A DNA stretch of 64,000 bases from Amphiscolops sp. MND2022 (Eukaryota). The stretch's first letter is position 1, and each line of letters opens with the position of its first letter. Shown piece after piece: positions 10,782 through 23,349 of the stretch. Location of the stretch: positions 44,580,001 through 44,644,000 of the forward strand of contig OZ076409.1 of assembly GCA_964187785.1 (NCBI GenBank), in the 5' to 3' direction. The notes under the pieces were generated by a model, which was not told where the DNA came from, did not search any database, and worked only from the letters and a program-made list of their open reading frames with translations. The position numbers were made by a program, and so were the translations under genes.

Positions 10782-10894
10782 CATGTTGATTTCCAGTTGG
10801 TATTCTGTGAGCGGCTCAGTGCTTTGTTTGACATTAACCAGGTGAAACAGATAGTCAAACAACCCGTGTCTTTTCTTTACTTCCATCAAACAAC
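10782..10894 (-). CDS. HPGD-like SDR gene exon (SCLMEVKKRHGLFDYLFHLVNVKQSTEPLTEYQLEINM)
   Basis: Pyrimidine tract plus gaag acceptor, gtacgt donor, phase 1 to 0. Aligns with [20 protein letters not shown]...TLQINL. Confidence 0.85.
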
Positions 10895-11815
10895 CTTCAA
10901 CAGGAAAAGGATTCATGACAACGGTATTAACAGTGCATGTGTCTGTACTAAAACAATCAGAATTCCAGTCCTGAGAATGAGCTTGAATGACTGGCAAGGA
11001 CTTGTCAAGAACTGGACCTTGCTTGATGTTCCTTGTTCAGCAATTGAAGTCAAGACCTGTAGTTACAGGTCCTCAAAAATAGTAAGCACAAGCAATTGGA
11101 AATGTAAACGTCAGTAAAACGTAAATGTAAACGTAAATACACACAGTTATCACCGGGATGTTCTCGCCCACGCCTTTCAGATCTGAAAAATTTAACAGTG
11201 TCGAAAACGAGTAAAAACCAAACTCTTCGAGATCTTTTGGTATTTATAAGCTTCGACGAAATCAAACAACCATAAGGGGACACTTCGAATAATCTTTAAT
11301 GGATAATTAAAAAGTCTTACAGTGCCGAAACTTACTGCGCGAACCCTGTTGTCCTTCGTGGCTCAGTATTTTTTGCAGAATGTTTCTAGACATAAAAAAT
11401 GAACAAATGGCGAGACTCGAATTTCTGGCCCTGGCAATTTGTCTGGAAACCAAATGGGTCCCCAAAGCTGCAAAAGATGAAAACCAATTGACGAGGGTAA
11501 AGATCCAAACCCAGACCTACATTCTGACAGTAGGTGTATCTAACCATCTGCACCACCGAGAAGAAAAATGTATTTGAAATTTTGATAGTTTGAAGCCATA
11601 TGGATGCAAAAATCTAGGATGGTCTCCATTTTGAGTTTTTCGATTTTTTTCACTAAATTGGAAAAACTAATTTTTGAGTTTTGAGTGGGGCCTCAATTTC
11701 GGCCCTTTTGACGTCATTTTGTCTTTTTTCTGCAGTTGGAGATTCTCGCTAAAGATGAAGGGCTAGCAGAACAAGTCTGACGGTAATAAATCAAGAAAAC
11801 GAAAGTTTTCCTAAC

Positions 11816-11939
11816 TTTTTAGTTCGTCTTGACTGCTTATGTCACACCACTGGAAGCCGATACAACATGAAGTAGTCATCTCTTGCAGCTCTGCCGTACT
11901 TTGTGCGCACATCTCGAAGTTTATGTCGATGAGAATAAT
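11816..11939 (-). CDS. HPGD-like SDR gene exon (IILIDINFEMCAQSTAELQEMTTSCCIGFQWCDISSQDELK)
   Basis: ttttag acceptor, gttagg donor, 124 bp, phase 0 to 1. LID and CDIS match SDR VD and CDV motifs. Confidence 0.88.
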
Positions 11940-12414
11940 CTAAAATGTAAAGTACATCAACTTGTGTCAATTTTCAACAGGTCTATAGGCGTTCTAGTTT
12001 TTCACCGCTCTTCTTATTGCATCAATTGAAGTGAAATCTGAAAATAAAGAATCAAAAACGTGTAAGAATACTTCAATTGTATGTAGCGTCTTTTGAACTA
12101 GTCTTTGAAATGTGATTTCGAATTGACAAAAAAGCTTGCCCAACTTTCATGTATTTGCTCAACCCTATTTATCAAATATGACCAGTTTCAGACGTTTGCT
12201 TTACATTTCAGCTAATCCACTGGAATATGAGTTAGTTTAAAGAGTTTATTTTTATTTTGATATAAGCACAGGGAAAATAATTCCTTCATTTTAAAGAGCT
12301 CAATTGCAGTCAGAATTAGAAAACTGCCCCGATGATTGATTATTCCAATTGGTTGAAATAAAAAGAAATTCAATAGAGAGAAGTAGCCAAAATACAAGAG
12401 CAAGCCAATCTAAC

Positions 12415-12509
12415 CGTAAATCGCCGGTGCAGGAAGTGTTCGGCAATTATTTTGGCCTTTGCACCAGCGCCACCAATGATCACAACAACTCCAGCTTCAA
12501 TCGGCAAAT
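12415..12509 (-). CDS. HPGD-like SDR gene exon (DLPIEAGVVVIIGGAGAKAKIIAEHFLHRRFT)
   Basis: tttag acceptor, gttaga donor, phase 1 to 0. Rossmann beta1-alpha1 segment. Confidence 0.85.
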
Positions 12510-12784
12510 CTAAACAAGCGAACAAGAAGCTGCATTTTCTAAACTCTATCGTGATTATTATTCTTTATCGAAGAAAACTAAGATCAAATTAGAAAATCTT
12601 AATTCTAGCATACTGATCTATGCTAAAACTGGAGTAAAGGGTACACTTTTTTTTGAATTTGGTTTCACACCAAAACTTTTGTTGTCGGAACGTAAAAGCT
12701 TCGAAATAGACTCTGATTACTAATTTATCAACCATTTTTATAAGCATTTAAGGTTTTAAAGTTTGGGGCAAATATTTATCATAC

Positions 12785-13675
12785 CGTCAGACATTTTTTC
12801 TGCAATATGATCTCCATTTTGGGTACTGTAACCAGATTCCGAAGACACTCGTAAGGGTCGCCTTCTTTGCCTATTGCATAATGCGCTGTTTTCAATCGGG
12901 CAAAGCTCATCCTCGTCACATGAGCTACAAGATGGTGCTCTCACTGGAACTTCAAGTACTGTCAGTTTAGCAGTGTTGTCAAATTGCTGGTTTGTCAAAC
13001 TTTTTTCTGAAGGTTGGTTGAAAAAATTCGGATTGCTGAATTTTTGGTCATTCGAGTCAGAAGTTTCAACTTCGAAGTCTTTATACAGGTCATTCGAAAT
13101 CTGCCTTTTAGCCGGATTAGGGTCTTCAGTGACGATTCTAACGTTTTCTTGGGAATATCCATTCAAGGTGAGATAAGAATCGGTTTGAAAAATGTTTCCC
13201 TGTGACGAATTCGAGGTCAAATCGTTGCTGGAGCAGTTTTGACACAATCGTGTCTTTAACACAAACCCGTTCTGAGTTTCAACTGGAACACTGTTTTGTC
13301 TTCCGGTGAACGAAAGCGAATCATCGTCGGAAATTATTTGTTGACTAACAGCATCAGCTTGTTTCCAATTTTCAGCACATTGGAGCAAACTTGTGGCATG
13401 ACGTAAGCACAGATGACTGGTTTGTTTTTGGTATCTGCGTTTCAGTCTCTCAAATTGAGTTGATCTGTTTTTGCATATCTGTTCCAAATAATTGAAGTTT
13501 GTTTCTGGCCACAGAAAATTGGATGATTGCGTATGACCGAAGTTTGAAGATTCCAAATATCTTCCTGTAATTGGCAGCTTCTTTGTTGCAAGGGAAGTTT
13601 CGTCTGTTTGTTTGTAGCTGCTGACTTCAAAATGACAAGTCGTTTTGTAAATTAAACGATCTTTTTGGGCTGAAT
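12785..13675 (-). CDS. Large 891-bp exon encoding a Ser/Asn/Gln-rich N-terminal extension of the SDR-like protein
   Basis: tctttttcag acceptor, gtatga donor, phase 1-1, open frame (part of ORF 12756-13760), phase-compatible with the next exon. Confidence 0.75.
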
Positions 13676-13738
13676 CTGAAAAAGAATAACAATTCCAAAG
13701 AAGAAATTTTTGATTGTGAACATTTGTTTCACTAATTG

Positions 13739-14493
13739 AAACAAGCCGGGACCGGTCCAAGTCGGCGCCCGCTCAAGTTTTTGAATATGCAAAGGAAACT
13801 GTTTTCAAAGTTTTATCACTTTCTCAGTGCCGAAAAATACCCCAAAAGATACGTATAAGACTCGAAAACCACATTTTCCCCAACTAGAAACAAAAAAAAT
13901 CAATTTTTCAAAAAAAAGATTTTTCCGGAAAAGTCTCATAGCGCCGAAATAGCAACTTTTATTTGAGCAAGTACCTTCTCTCAAGCCGAAATCCGCTATG
14001 AAAGGATGAAGGTACCCTTGGACGAAATCAAAATTTCAAAAAACGCACAGAGCCAAAAACGCTTTAGCAAAGGATGATAAAGTATTGAGAATAAAACAGC
14101 TGTTCGGTTAAGCTCAAAAAGAATATGGTTTCACAATACCGAAAAAGTCCAGAAGTGAACCTTTAAGCTTCAAATGATTTTGTATCAACTCTAAATATCC
14201 TAAAAATCAAAAGGGGACCCTTTTGTAAGATTGAAAAATTCTCCAAGAAACGTTATATCTGGTATACTTTATATCCAGAATTCGTTAAATCCGCTATGGG
14301 TTGTGTTTTGTCGAAGGACTCCTTAGCACTTTTTACAGCTCAAATGTAGTATGTAGATTGTCAAAAGGGACTTGCCAAAATTTAAGAACTTTTGGTAGAA
14401 CTATTTAGGACATTTCAGGTGTATCGGAAAAAAAACTGACGAAAAGCCATGACTATAGTCGACTCTTTTCTTCAGAAAAGCGCTGACTAAAAA
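13739..14493 (-). mobile_element. Helentron-like family 1 copy, intronic
   Basis: AACAAGCCGGGACCGGTCCAAGTCGGCGCC at the left and GCGCTGACTAAAAA at the right, i.e. the reverse complement of the 2559-3042 termini. Confidence 0.7.
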
Positions 14494-14842
14494 TGCACAA
14501 TTTTTGCGAAATTCTTACAAATAATTTTGTAAGATCTTGTAAGAAAATGCATAATTGGGAAGAATTTTAGCAACTTTTGCAATTTGCAAAACTAGGGTAC
14601 CATTTGCGAGTTCGTTTGATCAAGAATTTTTTAATGCGGAACTTCTATAGATTGCATCAAAAACAAACGAATGCTACTATCAGAAAATTCTTCGACGTGT
14701 TTAATAATCATTATGGAAACAGAAAATAGATTGAATAATAGAAACTTTTTCCAGGAACTGCTCCGGTGTTGAATCGAACCGTTTCTGCGGGAACATTTCT
14801 GTAACTGATCCAAACAAAATTGGAAGGTTCGGGTCACCTCAC

Positions 14843-14852
14843 CTGTGTTCAT
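14843..14852 (-). CDS. Candidate first coding bases (MNT) of the SDR-like gene
   Basis: ATG AAC ACA G|GTGAGG is a phase-1 donor compatible with the 891-bp exon; it would give a 527-aa protein. Not independently supported. Confidence 0.3.
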
Positions 14853-16449
14853 TGCTTAAGCAATTGCTATCTTCGTTCAGTTCATCAATGGTCAGAGAGC
14901 AAAAGCTGCAGGCTGGTAAAATAATGCGGATAATACCGACAATTGTCTTGTTCTTTGACTGGTCCTTGAAACAACTTGAGTTGTAGTTTAATTGTTCCAA
15001 ATCCGATTACTTGAGATGATTGAATATTCAAATGTCCTTTTACGGAATGTTTTTGCTTCCATAAGTCGATGAAATTTGAAGAGGTTTCTGTGTCAGGTCA
15101 GCACAAGACAACTCATTCTACTTCGATTAATTTACTTACAAAAGAAGCTTCATTATATATTTTTCTACCACTGAGACAAAAGCTGTCAAAAGTAATGCAA
15201 TGTAATTGAATTCAATAAAAATCGTTAAAAGTTTTCTTTGATGATACTTTCAATTTTGCTTTTGCCAATAATGAGACTACGTTTGACCTTTTTAGAGTAC
15301 GCAGAGTAAAATGCTGCTGATTTATCAGAGAAGTCTTGATGACGCAAAACTTTGATATGATTGTTAAGGTATGCTTGTTAAACAATTTTACGCTCGATCT
15401 TTTATCAAAAGTGTTTTGCCTTGAGAAACCTTTACAGAGATTCAATAAAATTTTATTTTGTTTGAGATGTTTTTTAACGAGCGATATTGTTTGGTATTGA
15501 ATCGATAAAAATAAGCTTTTTGGAAAAATTTTATTTCAGATACCAAGTTTGATCAAAATGTGGGTTATTTCCAAGTACAAAATTTGGGTTGAATTTGGTT
15601 CAAAATACTTTGCAGTGTCAATCCCAACTTTTTCACCCGAGAACTTTGAAATAAGTCACCAGTTTAGAAGTAAGGTATTACGTTAAGTATAGCATTATTA
15701 TCATTTATTGAGACTTCTTGGTATAAAACTAATCGAGAAGTTCTCAAAAAACTGCTAGAAAGTGAAATTTCTGATTTTATATTGGAATTCAAAAACTGAA
15801 ATTTTAGAAAACTTTTTGAACCTTGTTGAAACAAAAATGCGACCATGGAGTTGCTTGGACATGTCCATTGCATGTAACAATTAGACTTAAAATGCATGAA
15901 TTGGAATTGATTACAAGGTTCGTACTGGTTTTGATCTTATTCAATTACATCGTGACGAAGTTTGCTGATGACCTAGACAAACAATAAAATGAAACGTCTA
16001 GTAAAATGAGCGAGAAATGTCTTGGAGCAGCTGAAGAACTAGTTTTTGCCTAAAAATGTTCTACAGGGGATCTTGTCTAGTGTCTTAGAGGCTACTCGTT
16101 TTAGAGCTCCAGATCAACCTATGCCAATACGACACATCGTGCGAGCAGTTCTCCAATAAAAGTTCTCGGCGTTCCAGGGTGACCCTACATAGTTACGAGG
16201 TGTGACAAAATATAAGTAGTAGAGACACTTCAATATAGATATCAAGAGTGCAAAACATAACTTTACAGATTCCATTGTTATTTTCCGCCCATATTTCATA
16301 TAAAAAAGGAAAATATTTAAATCAAACGTTTTTTTTTACAAAATTTGCCAAGCACCAAATTTATATTTAACTTTAAGGTTGTTACCCATAGAATTCAACT
16401 CACATTAATTAAGCTTCGTGCGATTTGTATTTGTGGAGATTTCCGGACT

Positions 16450-18250
16450 TTTTTTGACCCCAAGGACCCCAGAATGACCCCAAAATAACACAAAAATGAC
16501 CCCAAAAAAAGAAAATTTTGCAAAAATTTCCAATTTTTTAAGTTTTAATCCAATTTTTGTCACTTTATCGATAGATGTCGTGGATTTGAATGTTGAAAAG
16601 GTTCAACAAGACAAAAACTCGTTGTCCAGTAGCCGTTTATGAAGAGACAAATGCGTTTTTGTTTGGAAAGAAAGACCCAAAAATGACAAAAAACCAATAA
16701 TTTCTCGATTTTTAACGTTTGTATGCAATTTTTGTCATAAATTTGATAGAATTCGTTGATAAGAATGTTGAAAACGCTCAATATGGTACTAGTTCGTTGT
16801 CCAGTAGGCTTTTCCGAAGAGATAATTGCTGTTTTCTAAATGAAAAAACCACAAATTGACACCGAAAATGACAAAAGTCCTTAATTTTTCCGTTTTTCAA
16901 AGTTTTTACGCATTTTTCGTCAAATTTTGGACAGAATTCGTAGATTGGAATTTTAAGGGGTCAACAACACCGAAAGTGACAGAAAACCCGAAAATTTCCT
17001 TTTTTCAAAGTTTTTATGTATTTTTTGTTAAAGTTTCGACAGACTTCGTGTAGTGAAATCTTTTCAAGTTTCAACAATGAAAAAGTTGGTAGTCCAGTAG
17101 TCTTTACTGAAGAGATAATTGCACTGTTCTGAATGAAGATATTTCAAATTGACACCGAAAATGACATATCCTCAACATTTCCTAATTTTCAAAGATTGTA
17201 AGCATTCTTTTCCAAATTTTCGACGGACTTTATGGATTGGAACATTGAAAAGGGCCAACAAGGAAAAAATGTGTTGTCCAGTATGCTCAGAAAAAAGAAA
17301 AATAAGCAATTTTTCAATTGAAAATTGTCCGGACATCTAAAAAGACAAAATGCCGAAAAATTTTCCAATTTTCACAATTTTCGTTGATTATTTGTCGGAA
17401 TATCGATAGACTTCGTGGACTAGAGTGCTAAAACGCCTAAGGCTTGGGCAAACTTGTTGTGTTGTTCCGGTGAGCGTTCGTTATGAGATAAATGCAATTT
17501 GTTAAAGAAAAGTACCTCAAATGGACTTGACGTTTCGAGAAAACTGAAATTTTTGTCGCTTTTGGTGCAATTTCTTTTCAATTTTCGAAAGATTTCGTTC
17601 TAAGTTCCCACACAATCAACTAAATAACGAAAGAACGAGCTATGCAAAACACTTTTTGAAGAGAACATTACAGTGCTTTGCTTCGAAAACACTTCAGAAT
17701 GCCTCCAAAGAAGTCAAAAAATTTCAACATCTTCGTTTTCGTGCAACTTGGGTACTTTTTGAATCGTTGTGGTGTCAGAATTTCAGCAAACGTTCAACAA
17801 AGACTGAACTCGTATTTCATTAGGCTTCTAAAGGAATACTTGCAGACTTCGGTTGGAAAACGGCTGAAAAGTTTAAAATTTGGAAATTTTTGTCGATTTC
17901 TGACGTTTTCGAAACATTTTCAGATAGGAAAATTCGGTAAAATAATAGCTTCGAAAAATTCGAGATAATAAATTTAGGCCCGAAGTACGTTTTGTTTAAA
18001 AAATGCATAAATTATGGTCAAAATTTCCTCAGAATGAACCAATTGTTGGAATAATTGAGAATTTTTACGTTTGTTTTAAATTTTTAGGCAGTTGTTTGTT
18101 TATTTTTTGTGCTACTTCCTTGCATAAAATGGATTTAAACGCTCAATAATGAACAATCCGGGTATCTTCAGTGGGCAAATTCGAAGAAATAACTGAAACT
18201 CTCATTGGAATTGGTCCAAAAACGCCCAAAAATCCATGAAACCACAACAA
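16450..18250. repeat. Degenerate tandem repeat, ~175-185-bp unit
   Basis: A GTTGTCCAGTAG-like core recurs near 16621, 16796, 17090, 17273 and 17461 with A/T-tract spacers. Confidence 0.6.
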
Positions 18251-19494
18251 CGCACGTTGTCTGACATACTAATTCCGATTTTTGTTCAAGCCAAGAAATT
18301 GTTTGAAAAATTGAATTTCCAAAGACATCTGCTTTTAACCTATAAGGCATTCAGAAAGTAATGGGGGAAAAATTGGGATGAAGTTCATCGAGTTTGGAAC
18401 AGAGGTGTCAGAGTTTCCGAACTTTTTTTGACAACATAGTCCCAATTATGGACACTTTCCGAGAATGTACTTCAATCAGATATTTCATAGGCTCAGTTTT
18501 GAAACGTCTAGCTACCTGTGGTGTTTCGAAACAATATCAGACAGTTTATTTGCAAAACTCTCAAATTTTCTACTGGAAAACTTAAATTTCTACCTCATTT
18601 GTCCAATATTTAATATACAGAAACCTCCAAACAAAATCACTTGATAGGTAGTACTGCTTCCAACAAGGAAAAATGTTTCGGGCTACTTCGTGGGTTAGAA
18701 TGGTACAAACATTCAACAACAGCTAAACTCGGTCACCAGTGGGCTTAATTTTGAAGAGACATCTGTAGATTCATGTTAGAAATGTTCCTCAAATTGAACC
18801 CAAAGTTGTCAGAACTATTTCCAATGTTTGACACTTCTGGTGAAACTATGAGAAAATATCACAAACCGGGATCACTCAAATTTCCGAAAATTGCAAAGGA
18901 CCTAGTTTCAAGCTTTTACTATTTTCTCATTGCCAAAAGTTACCTCAAGAAGTACTCCTGAGACTAGAAAACCAATTTTTGCCCGATGGGAATCACAAAA
19001 ACTACAGTTTTTTGATTTTTCCGGCAAAGTTTCATGATGGAGAAACGAGTATCAGCTCGCGAAACTACTTTTCTCGAGCCAAAATCTGCTATGAAAGCAA
19101 GGGGTACACTTCGACCAAATTGAAGTTTCGGAACAACGCACAGAGTCGAAGAAAAACTGAAATGGGGTATTTTCCACAATCAAAAAGTAAACTCATCAGT
19201 TCCACATGATCAAAAGTAACAAAGAAGTCACCCTCAAGACTCGCGAAACATGTTTCCTTTCAGAAAACCTCAAAAATCAAAAAATTTGAAAAAGGTTTCT
19301 CGAATGTTATTCTCAAAATATTTATTGAAATAATTCTTTTTTCTCGATAAGTCGCACCGTTCCAAAAAAAAGCAAAGTGGCCAGCTATCGCAGAAAAAAC
19401 AGATTAGGGGTTTTCTTTAAACTGCTCTACGATGCAGTGTACGATGCAAAGTTTTCTTTTCTTCGAACTTCTTTGCGTTTTTTTAGTGCGTTGG

Positions 19495-19575
19495 ACATTC
19501 TTGAGCCTCAAATTTATGTAGTTGTAAAACAGTTTGGGGCGGAAAACATCTCGCTGCTCAGCGGGCGTGTTGTTA
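19495..19575 (+). mobile_element. 3' end of a Helentron-like repeat (family 2), second copy
   Basis: Matches 2476-2557. Confidence 0.5.
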
Positions 19576-19744
19576 TCAATATGAAACGGCAAAAAACGAA
19601 AAAGACGCAATTGTTTGCATTTCAACAAATCGCTGGCAAGAAAAACTAACCGTCCGTTTTGGCAAACAGTTGTCTCTCCATGCGTCCGCTTTGACCGTTT
19701 TAGCGTGACAGCTGAGCATTTTGAACTTATATCCAATTTAAAAC

Positions 19745-22700
19745 ATGGCCAAGTCTCAAGAACTAGCTCTTCATAAACAGCAAATTGAAAAACTACAAAT
19801 GAAGCTACAGTTATTAATCGAGGCCGATTTTATGGCAACTACTGCTTTTACTCACCAGACTTCACAGGGTTCAACCCCAGACCTATTCGGACAACTACAA
19901 AACAATCTATTATTGGGACGTTCCGAACCAAGTCTTTCACTCAAGAAGAAATGCTAACTATTACCGTGGCGCTACATTAAAAAAGATATCTTCTCTGGTG
20001 GATGAGTAAGCCGAGCAGCACCTGGGAACTCTGGTCATCATCGGAGGCTTCAATGAACAATGGAAGGTCTCGAGGAAATTGAAATCATCCAAAAATCACA
20101 AACTTAGTTCACATCCACTCGATTTATAATATATAATACAATAAAACTTGTTAATCCAGGAGTGGAAGAGAGAGTTGATGCGCTGAAAGAAACTCTGCAA
20201 AAAGTATTGCCTAGAGAAACTGGTATCATCTCGACTGATTTAAATGAGACATTGTATCCCCAATGTTTGGTAATTAACAGTTTCCTCGGACGTGATGGAA
20301 GACATCTTTTTTTCTGGCAACAAACTGATTACAAATGTTTTTCAGGGACAAAAGGGAAACAACCGTGCACTAGCCACAACGAAAAGAACCTGACAAAATT
20401 ACTTCAACAACGACCTTTTCTACAGTGGTTCAAGCTCTTAAAAAATGAATTACTAGATGCAGTCTTTTCGTCAATTTGCAAGTATTTCAAGACACGGCTA
20501 CAAGGCTTATGATGAATATATTTGACAGTCTCCAATCATGTAATTTCAAAATTGGTTCTAAAATGTCTATTGACTTTCTGTTTGCACTCTCTCGAAAATA
20601 GCTTTAATTTTTTTCCTCCCTCATAATCGGAAACACGATATTCCTAGCATTCCTACAAAACTAGCATGTGTTCAAAGGTCATAGGACCCGAGTCGTTTTA
20701 CAGATAAGGGAAAGAGTGCACGTCTGCAATGTGGTGACATAAAAAAGAATCCTGGTCCCACCACTCTACTGGCATGAGACGAACTTTTAGAAACTTCACC
20801 TTTTGACAAAAAAAAACAATTTTCAAACATTCTCATTTAAACGCGCAGAATTTTTCTACGAAACATTACCAGTTTAAGAGACCGGTAGAATCACTTGGTG
20901 AGAATACTGTTGCATTAACCCAATCGTTATTCACTGACTACGATGATGAAGATCTTTGGGTATCGATAAATCATTGTAGGAACCCCACCGTTGGTATTTG
21001 GGTATACAAATCAATCAGAACCGCCGTGGTGGTGTACTGTTTCTGATTCCTAAAAAATTTAAACCGATGCCAAGAGCTGATTTCGATTCAAAAAGTACAC
21101 AATTTGAGAGCGTTAAAGTTGAATGCCAGTGCAGTGAGAATTGAAAATCGGAAACAATTGGTCCAGCCTGCTTATAGTTCTAACAGATCAAAAACAGTGC
21201 ATTTCCTTACCGACATCTAGCTCACTTTTGACGCGGCTATAACTGAGAGAAAAACCTACTTCTCTTAGGTGATTATAATATTATTTACTTCGGCCGGTAG
21301 GACTTCGAATCTTATCAAACTGTCTTGGTTCCCAATAATTTGTTTTTAGCGAATGAATCAAAAACCAACGCGTGGTACAGAAATATCCAAGTCCCTTTTG
21401 GAATATTTTGTGACTGATGATTTTACTTGTAATGAAGAAATTTATGGTTTTCAGTTGTCCAGCTAACTCTGTTTACCATGCAACTCTTTCGTTAAAAAAA
21501 CTACCAATGGGAGAAAAATGTTATGCCTTTTAGGAAAACTATCTATTGCAGAATGCTAGATTAAAGATAAAAAGTAAAATAAGAGACATAAATTGCTTGT
21601 CTTTTTACAACCAGAACAATGCTGAGGATAATTACACGAACTTCGCAGATAACGTATTATTTAAACTGTAGCATGTGCTTCAAAAGAGTGGTTTTCGTTC
21701 GCAATGATAAAACAAAATAATGTTTCAAGATGACAGCTACATATATAAACTGTTCAATTAAAAAACCACAGATAGGGTAAATCGCAAATCATCAGTGATA
21801 CTAGAAACTTGAGAAAAAATGGTCTTAGTTGTCAAAGAAATAGCTTCGCGGACTTGGTCACTGAGCATTCTAACATTGTTAACTTTTTCAAATATCGTTT
21901 TTCTAAAGTAAGTGATGACCTCGGCAAACATTGCAATCTAAGTTAAGTAACAGTCTCAAAGACTTTTCAAATTGTTAGCGTTTGTTTTATCACCAGCAGA
22001 GACACACTCAAACTTCTGAATTCTGTTAATGGACGAAATCGACAGGACCTTCGTACATTCAACCATGGGCACTGAAGGATTGTTGTGCCGAGATAGCTGA
22101 ACATAAAACTGTTTTGTTCCAGGACTTCAACTCGCAATCAAAATTTCTTTCTCGATTCAAATAGGCCATTGTGACACCGATACCCAAAAAGGCGATAGTT
22201 AAAATCCACAAAAAAGTAAGCCCATTTTCCTTACGTCCGTACGTTCGAAGCTTTCACGTAAATTCACGCGAATCAAACTAATGAGTACTTTAGTGGATTT
22301 GACTTGATCACTCAAATCAATTTGGCCTCAGATCAAACGTCCTAACAGCAGATGATCAAATAATCCATTGAGGATACCCGAATCCTTATGTCCTCAACTG
22401 TAAAATGTCTCGGCTTCTTCCTAGATAAAAATCTTACATTTCAGCAAGAACTGAAAAGCGTTCTCAAATGGTCCGTGAAATTAAAATTTCGATTGCAATC
22501 AGAGACTCTTTGAATATAAAGACACGTCTCAATACATTGAATGCGCTCGTTCCCAGCCATATCCATTCCTAATCAAACACACTGAACTCAATCACTCAAA
22601 ATCTTGAGACCTTACTTGACCAAGAGCTCAATTGTGCAAAGAAGTCGTTCTTCAACGGACGGAAGTTCCTCGCAGCGCGCAATTCCAAAATTCAATATCG

Positions 22701-22900
22701 TGTTCTACCGATTCAATTTTCTGGACTTCAAACTCGTATGTCGTTTCTGGAGGCAGTAACAAAATTTACTCCCTTGTTCATTCAAAACCGTGTTTGTCAC
22801 TCCCAATTTTTTTTTCCGGAAAGAAGTGACCCGAAAATTGGATTGTCAAGGCAGACTTCAATATTCCACTCTCGGAATTTGTCTAATGAAGCATGGGTGC
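19745..22900 (+). mobile_element. Decayed CR1/L2-type LINE (esterase-type ORF1, 2A-like motif, APE and RT remnants)
   Basis: ORF1 remnants GTLVIIGGFNE and GRDGRHL; LQCGDIKKNPGP at 20724-20759; LLGDYNI near 21262; KCLGFFLDKNLTFQQELK near 22403; many stops. Confidence 0.7.
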
Positions 22901-23349
22901 AAACTTCTGACCTCATACGCTGCTAATCATCAGGACTCAGCATCCAAATATTACTATAACACGATGAATGTAAAAATTGAAGTATTTTTTGAACTGTTCC
23001 TTGAAAACGGAGAAAATAAAGTTTAAGGAAAAGTTAGTTAGAAAGAATTCTGTTCCATTAAAAATCCTTGACAGCCAACCGTAAGATAATGTTAGGAGGC
23101 TTCGGCCTCTTTATGATTTCATTCTTATCCACCCTGTTTTTTTTAAAAAAAGTTTTGAATAACCAACAAATGTCCTGTTTTCATGCTTACAACGTATGGA
23201 GTGAAATTACTATGTTTTTTGTCTGTTTTGTGTTTTTGTTTCTTCACGAAATTCCGAGGAAAACTGTGTAGTACTGTCAACATAAGTTATGCAAGAGTTG
23301 GAAAACGTGCACATTTTTAATTTCGCATTCACAATTGTGATGTTGCATG

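Noticed and set aside
12756..13760. Single-exon 334-aa gene
   Set aside because: The called start is a TTG inside a Helentron-like terminus; strong splice sites at 13675 and 12785 make it an internal exon
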